Shown here in pieces: positions 1 to 7,988 of a stretch of 32,000 nucleotides of DNA (position 1 is its first letter; each line of letters opens with the position of its first letter). This DNA is from Candidatus Hadarchaeota archaeon (GTDB lineage Archaea; Hadarchaeota; Hadarchaeia; Hadarchaeales; Hadarchaeaceae), in the NCBI GenBank assembly GCA_964514965.1, contig CAZETV010000001.1, positions 903,063 to 935,062 of the forward strand, written 5' to 3'. A model generated the notes under the pieces. It saw nothing but the letters and a program-made list of their open reading frames with translations, was not told where the DNA came from and made no database searches. A program made the position numbers and the translations under genes.

Positions 1-718
1 CTACTCCACATTTCATCTTGCGCTCCAATGATATCCAGATGTTTTCATCAGGAACTTTGCGATTTTTCAGTTCCCTGATGACAAAGCGATACATGACTGG
101 TGGGCCGACAATGGCCGCTTGGGTTTTTCTAGGATCGAACTGAATATGGGGGAAAAGGTTGGTGATGACCCCTACGTTGCCCTGCCATGTTTCGTCTCCG
201 ACATCAACCGTTACATGATACTCGACATCATCTCTTTCTTCCCAGCTATTCAACTCCTCTTTGAAAAGAAGTTCCTGTGGTCTCCTCGAACCGTAGAGGA
301 TGTAGACTTTTCCATAATCTTCTCTGGAATTTAAAACGGTCCAGATGAAAGAACGAAGGGGGGCCAGCCCAAGCCCTCCTGCTATGAAGAGTATGTCTTT
401 TCCCTTGAAATACTTAAGTTCAAACCCTTTACCGAAAGGACCTCGAATTCCAATTTTATCTCCTGATTTCCTGCTGTGCAGAGCTCTGGTGACATTCCCA
501 ATCGCCCGTACACATAGTTGAAATGTCGGTAAGCTGGAGGGAGCGGACGAGATGGAGATGGGAGCCTCTCCAACGCCAAAAACCGATACCTCCACAAATT
601 GTCCTGGCTGATAGTTGAGATTTTTTCCTGACAGAAGCTCGATTTCAAACAAACGTTCCGTTTTGGTAAGTTGTTCTATTTTGTTTATTCTTGCTATCTC
701 GGGCGCATAGATCGTCAT
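1..718 (-). CDS. FAD/NAD(P)-binding oxidoreductase of the PyrK/AsrB type. Likely the gamma-like subunit of a cytoplasmic (group 3b-like) [NiFe] hydrogenase or an AsrB-like partner. The 3' end runs off the window.
   Basis: Not in the ORF track because there is no stop inside the window. My translation of the minus strand from ATG 718-716 gives MTIYAPEIARINKIEQLTKTERLFEIELLSGKNLNYQPGQFVEVSVFGVGEAPISISS...GDKIGIRGPFGKGF...ILFIAGGLGLAPLRSF...YILYGSRRPQELLFKEEL...IVGPPVMYRF...ERKMKCGV. This is a ferredoxin-reductase-type FAD barrel plus an NAD(P) module, ending where the usual C-terminal 2Fe-2S Cys motif begins. ATGA start/stop overlap with the upstream gene. Confidence 0.75.
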   Translation of the reverse strand, partial: MTIYAPEIARINKIEQLTKTERLFEIELLSGKNLNYQPGQFVEVSVFGVGEAPISISSAPSSLPTFQLCVRAIGNVTRALHSRKSGDKIGIRGPFGKGFELKYFKGKDILFIAGGLGLAPLRSFIWTVLNSREDYGKVYILYGSRRPQELLFKEELNSWEERDDVEYHVTVDVGDETWQGNVGVITNLFPHIQFDPRKTQAAIVGPPVMYRFVIRELKNRKVPDENIWISLERKMKCGV

Positions 719-1761
719 ATCCGCTTCCTCTTCTCATAAAGTTCATTTTCGATGTCTAAAGGATCAACAATCTTCGTTAAGCAAGCTTTTCCACATCTTC
801 CACATCCAGTGCAAAAAGACTTCCCCCATTTTTCAAAAAGGTACCAGTCCTTCCGGTTGGTTCTGTGACGCAATCGAGTACCCCTTTCTTCTCTGAATAT
901 CTCTCCTGAGGCCACCCTAGTGAAATCGGTAAGAAGACAACCGTCCCAGAAGCGAGAACGATTCCCCCGCTTCAAGTTTAACTCGATATAATCTCTTACA
1001 TCAAAGCAGTAACAGGTGGGGCAGACCATGTTGCAAGACCCGCAGTTGAAACACTTTGCTCCATGCTCATCCCATACACGGCTGTCGTAATTTTCTTTCA
1101 GTAGCTTGGGTAGGTCTTCAAGTTTGGGCTTAAGCTTTCGCTGCTGTTTATTAAAGAAATTGTCTCTTCTCCTTCGGATTTTTCCCAATTCCTTGGCATC
1201 TGATCGGGTCGCTTTTTTAGCAATCCCAGAAATAAGAGATTCTCCTCTTTTGGAACCTACTTCTACAAAGAAGTTGTCCCCCATATCGGTTAAGAAAAGG
1301 TCAAACCCCTCCCGCGGAAGTACGGACCCCTTGCGGTAGCAGAATGACTCTGGGGAGCAGGGGAGGAGACATTCCGCTCCGATTATAGTTAGATACCCCC
1401 GCTTCTTGAGATAATTTTCATCCAAATTTTTTTCCGAGAAAACTTTATCCAAAAGTGCAGTTCCATTTATGTCGCAAGGATGGATCCCGAGTAAAATCAC
1501 CGGTTTTGCATCCATCTTGGCCTCTACCTTGACCTCATCGTCAACTTCGTATTCGGTCAATTCTTCTTCTTGTGGGAAAAGAAAAGTTTTTGGAGGGATG
1601 ACTGTTTGAGGACCTTCCCAGAGAATCTCTTTCGTGGACTTTATCGGTTTAAAATTAGCTTGATTTTCCTGCTTCACGGGGGCTACTACTTCTTTTCCGT
1701 CTCTAATTATTCTATCAATTAACTTTAAAAAATCTTTTTTGGTTATCGAATATTTCCCCAT
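715..1761 (-). CDS. 4Fe-4S dicluster protein of the AsrA / sulfhydrogenase-beta (HydB)-like family
   Basis: ORF track 715..1809. Two Cys clusters, CFNCGSCNMVCPTCYC and CTGCGRCGKACLTK. I prefer ATG 1761 (MGKYSITKKDF...) because GGTGA lies 4 nt upstream. GTG 1809 and ATG 1806 are alternative starts. Beta-then-gamma gene order matches hydBG(DA)-type operons. Confidence 0.75.
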   Translation of the reverse strand: MGKYSITKKDFLKLIDRIIRDGKEVVAPVKQENQANFKPIKSTKEILWEGPQTVIPPKTFLFPQEEELTEYEVDDEVKVEAKMDAKPVILLGIHPCDINGTALLDKVFSEKNLDENYLKKRGYLTIIGAECLLPCSPESFCYRKGSVLPREGFDLFLTDMGDNFFVEVGSKRGESLISGIAKKATRSDAKELGKIRRRRDNFFNKQQRKLKPKLEDLPKLLKENYDSRVWDEHGAKCFNCGSCNMVCPTCYCFDVRDYIELNLKRGNRSRFWDGCLLTDFTRVASGEIFREERGTRLRHRTNRKDWYLFEKWGKSFCTGCGRCGKACLTKIVDPLDIENELYEKRKRI

Positions 1762-1830
1762 TTTTTCACCATTCTGGATTTCCAAATTCACTGCTATCCA
1801 AGCCATCACCTTTATCAGGCTTATTTAATT

Positions 1831-1849
1831 AATTATCGTATCGATAATT
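1831..1849. promoter_or_regulatory. Perfect 8-3-8 palindrome AATTATCG-tat-CGATAATT, next to an AT-rich TATA-like stretch upstream of the hydrogenase-like operon. Candidate operator.
   Basis: Read directly: aattatcg (1831-1838), tat, cgataatt (1842-1849). It lies 70-88 bp upstream of the preferred ATG 1761. Confidence 0.3.
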
Positions 1850-2023
1850 TCTTGTTGAATCGCAATTCATGTTTAATATTCCCCCGATAGAGAAATTTTT
1901 GTCCATGTTAAACCTTTTCGTTCTTTAATTAAGCAGCTCCAGCATTTGAAGTGCAAGTTAGTTTGTAATAGGCGTCGCGAAAGGAGTTGCCTTTCTTTTT
2001 CGAATTTAAGAGTGCAGATAGAA

Positions 2024-2290
2024 TTATCCCATCTTGTAGACGAGATCACCTTCACGCACGCGCTCTTGGACTCTCAACCCAATTGATTGCCCCGCGCCAG
2101 CGCTCTGCACTTTTTCGTGCTCAATCTGTATTGAATCCACCGTCTGTTGGATATTGGTCGTCGCGCCTTCAATCGATATTTTATCGCCTACTTTGACCTC
2201 GTCACTTAGGTCCACGACTCCAACCCCTATCTTTGTAAAGTAGTGGGATATTTTACCCACGAGTTTCTTCTCAACGGGTGCTTCTTCCAT
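2024..2290 (-). CDS. Small EF-Tu domain-2-like beta-barrel protein ('translation elongation factor-like')
   Basis: 88-aa ORF with an ATG start. The pattern KVGDKISIEG...QQTVDSIQIEHEKVQSAGAGQSIGLRV...GD resembles the EF-Tu domain II barrel. The family call is from memory only. Confidence 0.55.
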   Translation of the reverse strand: MEEAPVEKKLVGKISHYFTKIGVGVVDLSDEVKVGDKISIEGATTNIQQTVDSIQIEHEKVQSAGAGQSIGLRVQERVREGDLVYKMG

Positions 2291-2378
2291 TCAATTCACC
2301 AGATTAAGATAAGTTGACCCTAATTTATGCCTTTTCCTCTTCCACCAGTTGACTTTAGTATCGACAATTGAGGGTCTC

Positions 2379-3053
2379 TCATTTGAAAATCTCACTTTTT
2401 TTGCCAATTTCCTTTACGATTTTTCCATCATTGATCAGATAAGTTCGGTTACATATTTTCATTAAATCTAAATCATGTCCTGCCACTACCATCGTGTGGT
2501 GTTTTTTAAGTTCTTTTAAAAGTTTCATAAACTCTTTTTTTATCCAAGGGTCGAGAGCCAATGTTGGCTCATCAAGAACCAAAATCTCAGGCTTCATGGA
2601 GAGTACGGTTGCTATTGCGACTCTTTTCTTTTCCCCGTAGCTTAAGTGATGCGAGCTTCGGTTTTCTAACCTTTCAAGACCCACAGCTTTTAGTGCTTTT
2701 CTAACTCTCCTTTTTACTTCCCATTCACTGAGCCCCATATTTACTGGCCCAAACGCGACATCTTCGAAAACCGTCGGCATGAACATTTGGTCATCTGGAT
2801 TTTGGAACACAAGCCCCACTTTGCTTCTGACTTCCCTTGTTTTTTTGCGTAAATCCATCCCGATAACGCGTACACGACCTCTTTGTGGCTGTAGGATGCC
2901 GTTTAAGTGAAGAAGAAGAGTAGATTTTCCTGAGCCGTTGGGGCCTATTAAGCATATGCTCTCCTCTCTTTCGATATCTAGGTTAATGCCATGTAACGCT
3001 TTCGTACCATCAGGATAGGTGTAGTGCAGATTTTTTATTTCAATAGCTTTCAT
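2379..3053 (-). CDS. cbiO: ECF transporter ATPase component (CbiO/NikO)
   Basis: Walker A GPNGSGKST, ABC signature LSYGEKKRV, Walker B ILVLDEPT. It is the last gene of an M-N-Q-O operon, and its start overlaps the stop of the T component. Confidence 0.9.
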   Translation of the reverse strand: MKAIEIKNLHYTYPDGTKALHGINLDIEREESICLIGPNGSGKSTLLLHLNGILQPQRGRVRVIGMDLRKKTREVRSKVGLVFQNPDDQMFMPTVFEDVAFGPVNMGLSEWEVKRRVRKALKAVGLERLENRSSHHLSYGEKKRVAIATVLSMKPEILVLDEPTLALDPWIKKEFMKLLKELKKHHTMVVAGHDLDLMKICNRTYLINDGKIVKEIGKKSEIFK

Positions 3054-3811
3054 ACCACCACTAATATTAGTATTAGAAGTAAGAAAAAGCTAGAGAAGAA
3101 GAAGGTATCCGATCTCTTGAATTCAAGTTTGTGTGTTAGCTTAATTTCCCCATTGAACCCTCTGGATCGCATTGCAGTATAAATGCGCTCTCCTCTTTCA
3201 TAGCTTTTTGCGAACAATGTTCCAATCATGTATCCAAAGAGTTTTACATTTTGTAATCTGCTAAGACTAGGTGCCCTTGCATCGCGTGCCCTGCGCATTC
3301 GCTCGAACTCATCTATAGCGATGAAAATAAAGCGGTACATAAAAGAGAGAATCATTACGAAGATTTTTGGCAGTTTCAGTCTTTGAAATCCGTTTAGGAG
3401 TTTCGGAAACGGGGTTGTTGAAGTAAGAGCGATCATGGCAAGCACACAAAGCCACGATTTTACAAGCACGTTGAGAAAAATCAACAGGGCTGAGTGGGTT
3501 ATTCTAAAAATGCCAATATTGTATGATCCAGCTGCGTCACCACCGCCTAAGAACGGCAACCCTATAGCAACGAGCAGCACAAATGGAACTATCACCGAGG
3601 ATCTCTTCAGGATAAATCTAAGCGGAACTCGTGAGATTAGGATAATCGAGAAGACTAGTGCCCCGTAAAAGGCGAATTTCGGGGCCTGAGTTATTGGAGT
3701 GAAAATTACGAAGAAAAGGAAGGAAAAAAGCGCGATTATTTTCACTCTTGGGTCTAAAACATGTATTGAACTATGCAAATTACTATGCTGGTCTAGAAAA
3801 TGATGCTTCAT
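3050..3811 (-). CDS. cbiQ: ECF transporter transmembrane T component (CbiQ/NikQ)
   Basis: Multi-TM protein with LDPRVK near the N-terminus and two Ala-Arg coupling motifs (RRARDARA, AMRSRGF). The ORF track starts at TTG 3850, overlapping the previous gene by 31 nt. I prefer ATG 3811 (MKHHFLDQ...), which leaves an 8-nt gap. Confidence 0.8.
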   Translation of the reverse strand: MKHHFLDQHSNLHSSIHVLDPRVKIIALFSFLFFVIFTPITQAPKFAFYGALVFSIILISRVPLRFILKRSSVIVPFVLLVAIGLPFLGGGDAAGSYNIGIFRITHSALLIFLNVLVKSWLCVLAMIALTSTTPFPKLLNGFQRLKLPKIFVMILSFMYRFIFIAIDEFERMRRARDARAPSLSRLQNVKLFGYMIGTLFAKSYERGERIYTAMRSRGFNGEIKLTHKLEFKRSDTFFFSSFFLLLILILVVV

Positions 3812-3819
3812 ATGCTGTT

Positions 3820-4113
3820 TCAGCGTCTCCGTTTTAAGATTGTACCCCAACCCAGAGTTATACCGATAATGATAAACACTCCGACTAGACCCGCTAGCGA
3901 TGTGGCAAGTGCTTTATTTTCAATGCCGGGGATGGCATAGTCAGGCATCGGAGAGTGCATGGCTTCTTGTCCCTCAGCTTTCTCTGCGAATCCTTGATCC
4001 TCTGCAACTCGTTCGAGACCATCTGGCTCGGAGGAGGCGAAAAGCGATAGCACACATGCCATAGAGATCGCGATGACAAGTCCGGCGATCCACCATTTTT
4101 CTTTGAGTTTCAT
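3820..4113 (-). CDS. Small two-TM PDGLE-motif membrane protein in the CbiN/NikN position of the ECF operon
   Basis: 97 aa with hydrophobic helices at both ends and a literal PDGLE motif (SSEPDGLERV). It lacks the canonical CbiN signature as far as I can recall it. Confidence 0.6.
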   Translation of the reverse strand: MKLKEKWWIAGLVIAISMACVLSLFASSEPDGLERVAEDQGFAEKAEGQEAMHSPMPDYAIPGIENKALATSLAGLVGVFIIIGITLGWGTILKRRR

Positions 4114-4121
4114 TTTTTCAC

Positions 4122-4757
4122 CTAGATTTTTGGTAGCTTCAGCAAGTCTGGCCGCGTCTTTAGGACGAAGCTAATTACCGAAATGGTGATGGCGGCCTCG
4201 ATGATGCCGATTATTACGTGGATTCCTACCATTGCCGGCAGAGCTATCCCAAGAGGCGAAGTTCCTGAAGCTGCTAACTCAAATGCGCATGCCGCCGACG
4301 CGAGCACCACAGCGATCCAAGCAGCGACGCCAGCTCCAATAATCATGCCTCTGTCCCCTTTCACAGCTTTTTTAACACCCTGGTAGATGAAATAGCCAAG
4401 GATGGTGCCAATAAGCCCCATGTTGATGATGTTCGCGCCCATCGTAGTTATCCCTCCATCTTGGAAGAATATTGCTTGTACACCAAAGATTGACCCCATT
4501 ACAATCGATCCAGCCAGCGGGCCGACAAAAACAGCGATGAGTACTCCGCCGAGCATATGTCCGCTGGTGCCGCCAGCTACTGGCACGTTTAACATTTGTG
4601 CTGCGAAAATGAATGCTGCTAGCACGCCTAGTAGTGGAACGTGCCTATCTCCAAGTTTTTTATTAGTCCTCCAAACTGCGACGACCAGAATCAGCATAGC
4701 GACTACCCACAATGGTGCCCATACCGCAACGCTTAGAAATCCATCTGGTATGTGCAT
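4122..4757 (-). CDS. cbiM: ECF substrate-capture component CbiM/NikM
   Basis: Starts MHIPDGFLS, the metal-binding N-terminus of the CbiM/NikM family, followed by multiple TM helices and GGTSGHMLGG. The ORF-track start at 4856 adds 33 residues across the promoter, so I call ATG 4757. Confidence 0.85.
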   Translation of the reverse strand: MHIPDGFLSVAVWAPLWVVAMLILVVAVWRTNKKLGDRHVPLLGVLAAFIFAAQMLNVPVAGGTSGHMLGGVLIAVFVGPLAGSIVMGSIFGVQAIFFQDGGITTMGANIINMGLIGTILGYFIYQGVKKAVKGDRGMIIGAGVAAWIAVVLASAACAFELAASGTSPLGIALPAMVGIHVIIGIIEAAITISVISFVLKTRPDLLKLPKI

Positions 4758-4773
4758 AATGGCCCCATCTGGG

Positions 4774-4803
4774 AGTAATACTTTTTGGTATAAAAATATT
4801 ACT
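4774..4803. promoter_or_regulatory. NikR-operator-like dyad AGTAATA-N16-TATTACT, enclosing a TATAAAAA element in the nikR/cbiM divergent promoter
   Basis: Read directly: agtaata (4774-4780), a 16-nt spacer containing tataaaaa (4789-4796), then tattact (4797-4803). The 6-N16-6 geometry is the same as the E. coli nik operator GTATGA-N16-TCATAC. Confidence 0.45.
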
Positions 4804-4854
4804 GTCATAGATAACTTGAAAAACACTTGGCAACGAAGTTTGCAGGGAGTTGGC

Positions 4855-5259
4855 ATGCCGAAAAAGATAACGCGAGTGAGCTTGACGTTGCCTCAAGATT
4901 TGTTGGATGAGCTCGATTGCTCTCTTAAAGCTCAAGGTTATACAAGTCGTTCGGAGGCGATCCGTGATGCTTTACGAGATTTTTTGGCGAGCTACAAGTG
5001 GCGCAAGGAGCTTAAGGGCGAACGTATCGGGGTCGTAATACTAGTGTACGAGCACGATGTCCGAGGGCTGATTGACGCACTCATGGATATCCAGCACGTG
5101 AGTTCGAGTATAATAAGCGCAGTCCAGCATTTGCATGTCGACGCCAAAAACTGCTTGGAAACACTGATTGTCAAGGGCCCCTCAGAGGAGATCCGCAAGC
5201 TTGTCGATCGCTTGGGCGCCCTGCGAGGCGTCAAACAGGTCAAGCTGGTGGTTGTTTGA
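4855..5259 (+). CDS. nikR: Nickel-responsive transcriptional regulator NikR
   Basis: ATG 4855. The part of track ORF 4402..5259 upstream of it is antisense to cbiM. N-terminal ribbon-helix-helix (KITRVSLTLPQDLLDELD...SRSEAIRDALRDFL). C-terminal metal domain with YEH...IQH...QHLHVDAKNCLE, matching by eye the E. coli Ni ligands His76, His87, His89 and Cys95. Confidence 0.9.
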   Translation: MPKKITRVSLTLPQDLLDELDCSLKAQGYTSRSEAIRDALRDFLASYKWRKELKGERIGVVILVYEHDVRGLIDALMDIQHVSSSIISAVQHLHVDAKNCLETLIVKGPSEEIRKLVDRLGALRGVKQVKLVVV

Positions 5260-5843
5260 AATTAAATGAATTTTTGGAAAGGCTTAACAACCTCAAGCGA
5301 ATCTCCCGCACGGGCTGGTTGATTTGCAACGTCCCACTCAGCGAGGTCGAGGATGTGGCGCAGCATACCTTCGACGTTACGGCAATAACCCTGTTACTTG
5401 CCGATGAACTCGAGCGTAAAGGCAAGAAACTTGACAGGGAGCGAGCTCTAAGCATGGCGGTCGTGCACGATTGGGCTGAGGTCGAAGTCGGAGATTTTCC
5501 CTACACGGCGTTGAAATACTTAGGTCCCGCTGGTACGAAGAAACGCATAGAGAGGGGAGTACTTGAGGATATTCTGAATGGGCTGCCGAATAAAGAAAAA
5601 TACCTAAAGCTTTGGTTGGAATATAGCGAGAAACGCACTCTCGAGGCTAAGCTCGTTCATGTGGCAGATTATATATCAATGCTCGTGCAGGCGGTCAAAT
5701 ATCGTGAGCGAGGCAATCGTTCTAAGGAACTCGATGAGCTTTGGCATGCGGTTCGCAAGGATATCAAGATTTATGGAAAGGAATTGCCGCCAATAATGGC
5801 GTTGATAAAAGAATTTGACAGACGCTATTCTAGTCTCCAATGA
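5256..5843 (+). CDS. HD-domain phosphohydrolase (YfbR-like 5'-deoxynucleotidase family)
   Basis: RTGW...VAQHTFDV...VVHDWAEVEVGDFP gives the H..HD..D metal motif. TTG start overlaps the nikR TGA stop (TTGA). There is no in-frame ATG near the N-terminus. Confidence 0.75.
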   Translation: MKLNEFLERLNNLKRISRTGWLICNVPLSEVEDVAQHTFDVTAITLLLADELERKGKKLDRERALSMAVVHDWAEVEVGDFPYTALKYLGPAGTKKRIERGVLEDILNGLPNKEKYLKLWLEYSEKRTLEAKLVHVADYISMLVQAVKYRERGNRSKELDELWHAVRKDIKIYGKELPPIMALIKEFDRRYSSLQ

Positions 5844-5857
5844 ACAAAATTATTTCA

Positions 5858-5863
5858 TTTTTT
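5858..5863 (+). terminator. Oligo-T run after the HD gene, a possible archaeal intrinsic terminator
   Basis: TTTTTT lies 15 nt after the TGA at 5841-5843, in the 46-bp convergent spacer before acs. Confidence 0.25.
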
Positions 5864-5889
5864 GGGGCTGGAATTTCTCACATTTAAGA

Positions 5890-7836
5890 TTAAGTTTTAA
5901 CGGATTGTTTTTCTATCATTTTTCTGAATTCTTCATATTCACGTTTTACTTCCTCTACAGAAGCTCCATCCTCCAATGTGGTGACATCACCTAATGGTAT
6001 CTGTGAGGCGATTGCTTTCAAAACTCTTCTCATAATTTTTCCGCTTCTTGTCTTCGGAAGTTTTGAAACGAAGTGTATTTCCTCTGGTTTCGCGACAGGC
6101 CCAACAGAATTTCTTAAGTGTTTTGTTATTTCTTTTTTAAGTTCTTCGCTGGGTTCATATTTTTTTCTTAAAATAGCGAAAACTACAATAACTTCTCCCT
6201 TAATTTCATCCGGTTTGCCGATCACTGCGGCCTCTGCTACCGCTGGGTGGGAAACAACTGCGCTTTCTAGTTCCATGGTGCCTAACCTGTGTCCCGCGAT
6301 TTTTAAAACCTCATCCGCCCTGCCGAGCAGCCAGAAGTATCCTTCTGAGTCTTTTATACAATAATCTCCCGTATAGTAAACATTTGGAAACTTAGACCAG
6401 TAAGTTTGCTTATAACGCTCGGGGTCCTTGTATATTGTCATAAACATGCCTGGCCAAGGCTTCTTTATAATGAGGTAACCTCTTACGCCTGGATTCGCAG
6501 GTGTGCCGTTTTCTTCCACCACATCGGCGTCAATGCCTGGTAACGGGAATGTTGCAGATCCAGGTTTAAGAGGGACCAATCCTATACCTGGCGCGGGTGA
6601 AATCATCACACCTCCTGTTTCTGTCTGCCACCAAGTGTCGACTATGGGGCAACGTTCTCCGCCTATGTTTTTGAAATACCATCTCCATGCCTCTGGGTTT
6701 ATTGGCTCTCCTACAGTGCCTAAGATTGATAGGCTACTCAAATCGTGTTTTTTAGGCCATTCTTCTCCGTATCTCATGAACATGCGTATGGCTGTTGGCG
6801 ATGTGTAAAAGATTGTTACCTTATATTTTTCGATTATTTCCCACCACCTGTCTGGATTTGGATAATCAGGTGCTCCTTCGTGTACAACTATAGAAGCCCC
6901 GTGCATTAGTGGTGCGTAAACAATTGAGCTGTGCCCGGTCACCCATCCCACATCAGCAGTGCACCAATATACGCTGTCTTCTTTTATGTCGAAAACCCAT
7001 TCATAGATGGAATTTATAAAGGTCAGGTAACCTCCTGTGCTGTGGACTATGCCTTTTGGTTTTCCTGTCGTGCCTGACGTATATAGAATGTAAAGTGGAT
7101 GAGTGCTTTCTACAAGCTCTGGGAGAATATATTCCCCGACATCTTTTTTCGTGATTTCGTGGTACCATAAGTCTCTCCCTTTCTTCATGTTAACCTCTTG
7201 GCCTGTTCTTTTCACCACTATTACTCTCTCAATTGAGGGGGTATTCTCCACGGCAGCGTCTACTATCTCTTTTAATGGTATTTTTTTACCTCTTCTGAAG
7301 CTGCCATCTGCCGTTATGAGCACTTTTGCTCCCGTGTCGTTCACACGATCCGCGAGTGCTATTGAGCTGAATCCAGAAAATATCACGGTGTGTATTGCGC
7401 CTATTCTTGCTGCTGCCAACATAGCAATGGGTAGTTCGGGGATCATAGGCAAATAGAGGGCTACCTTATCCCCGACTTTGACTCCGAGTTTTTGAAGTGC
7501 TGATCCTAAACGATTTACCATCCGCCCCAGTTGCGAGTAACTTAATGTTCTTTCCTCACCGCCCTCTCCTTCCCAGTATATTGCTACTTTGTTTCTCCTC
7601 CAAGTTTTCAAGTGTCTATCGATACACAAAGAAGAGGCGTTGAGCATTCCTCCAACGAACCATTTTGCAAATGGAGGATTCCATTCAAGTACCTTATCCC
7701 ATGTTTTGAACCATTCAAGTTTTCTCGCTTCTTGTCCCCAAAACTCTTCTGGGTTATCTAAGGACTTTCGGTACATATCTTCATATTTCTTTATCGGCCA
7801 ATATTTCAGCTCTGCCGGGAGAGATTCTGGTTGCAT
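5890..7836 (-). CDS. acs: Acetyl-CoA synthetase (AMP-forming)
   Basis: 648 aa with YTSGTTGKPKG, DTWWQTETGG, YYTGD and the C-terminal PKTRSGKIMRR catalytic-Lys motif. Confidence 0.95.
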   Translation of the reverse strand: MQPESLPAELKYWPIKKYEDMYRKSLDNPEEFWGQEARKLEWFKTWDKVLEWNPPFAKWFVGGMLNASSLCIDRHLKTWRRNKVAIYWEGEGGEERTLSYSQLGRMVNRLGSALQKLGVKVGDKVALYLPMIPELPIAMLAAARIGAIHTVIFSGFSSIALADRVNDTGAKVLITADGSFRRGKKIPLKEIVDAAVENTPSIERVIVVKRTGQEVNMKKGRDLWYHEITKKDVGEYILPELVESTHPLYILYTSGTTGKPKGIVHSTGGYLTFINSIYEWVFDIKEDSVYWCTADVGWVTGHSSIVYAPLMHGASIVVHEGAPDYPNPDRWWEIIEKYKVTIFYTSPTAIRMFMRYGEEWPKKHDLSSLSILGTVGEPINPEAWRWYFKNIGGERCPIVDTWWQTETGGVMISPAPGIGLVPLKPGSATFPLPGIDADVVEENGTPANPGVRGYLIIKKPWPGMFMTIYKDPERYKQTYWSKFPNVYYTGDYCIKDSEGYFWLLGRADEVLKIAGHRLGTMELESAVVSHPAVAEAAVIGKPDEIKGEVIVVFAILRKKYEPSEELKKEITKHLRNSVGPVAKPEEIHFVSKLPKTRSGKIMRRVLKAIASQIPLGDVTTLEDGASVEEVKREYEEFRKMIEKQSVKT

Positions 7837-7988
7837 TTACAAACCACCGAGGTTTAAATTCAATTTTATTGGATTAAAACTTTTTTACTACATTATATAT
7901 TTATCTTTCCAAGCAAATTGGACCAATAGAGTCAGTTATTAAGACCTTTAGTCATGTCTAAATATCTACTAATTGAAAGTGCGTTAGA

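Noticed and set aside
119-648. Track ORFs 119..334 (+) and 382..648 (-).
   Set aside because: Both lie inside the edge-truncated minus-strand oxidoreductase gene (1..718), which has clear FAD/NAD-module motifs in another frame. They are shadow ORFs.
4402-4854. The first ~150 codons of the 285-aa plus-strand ORF 4402..5259.
   Set aside because: This part is antisense to cbiM, is low-complexity (P/T/A/S-rich) and has no recognisable domain. The NikR homology begins at ATG 4855, so the upstream part is a shadow ORF.
4758-4856. N-terminal 33-aa extension of the cbiM ORF (MPTPCKLRC...).
   Set aside because: CbiM/NikM function needs the free N-terminal Met-His of MHIPDG. The extension would also cover the promoter and dyad, so it is an over-extended ORF call.
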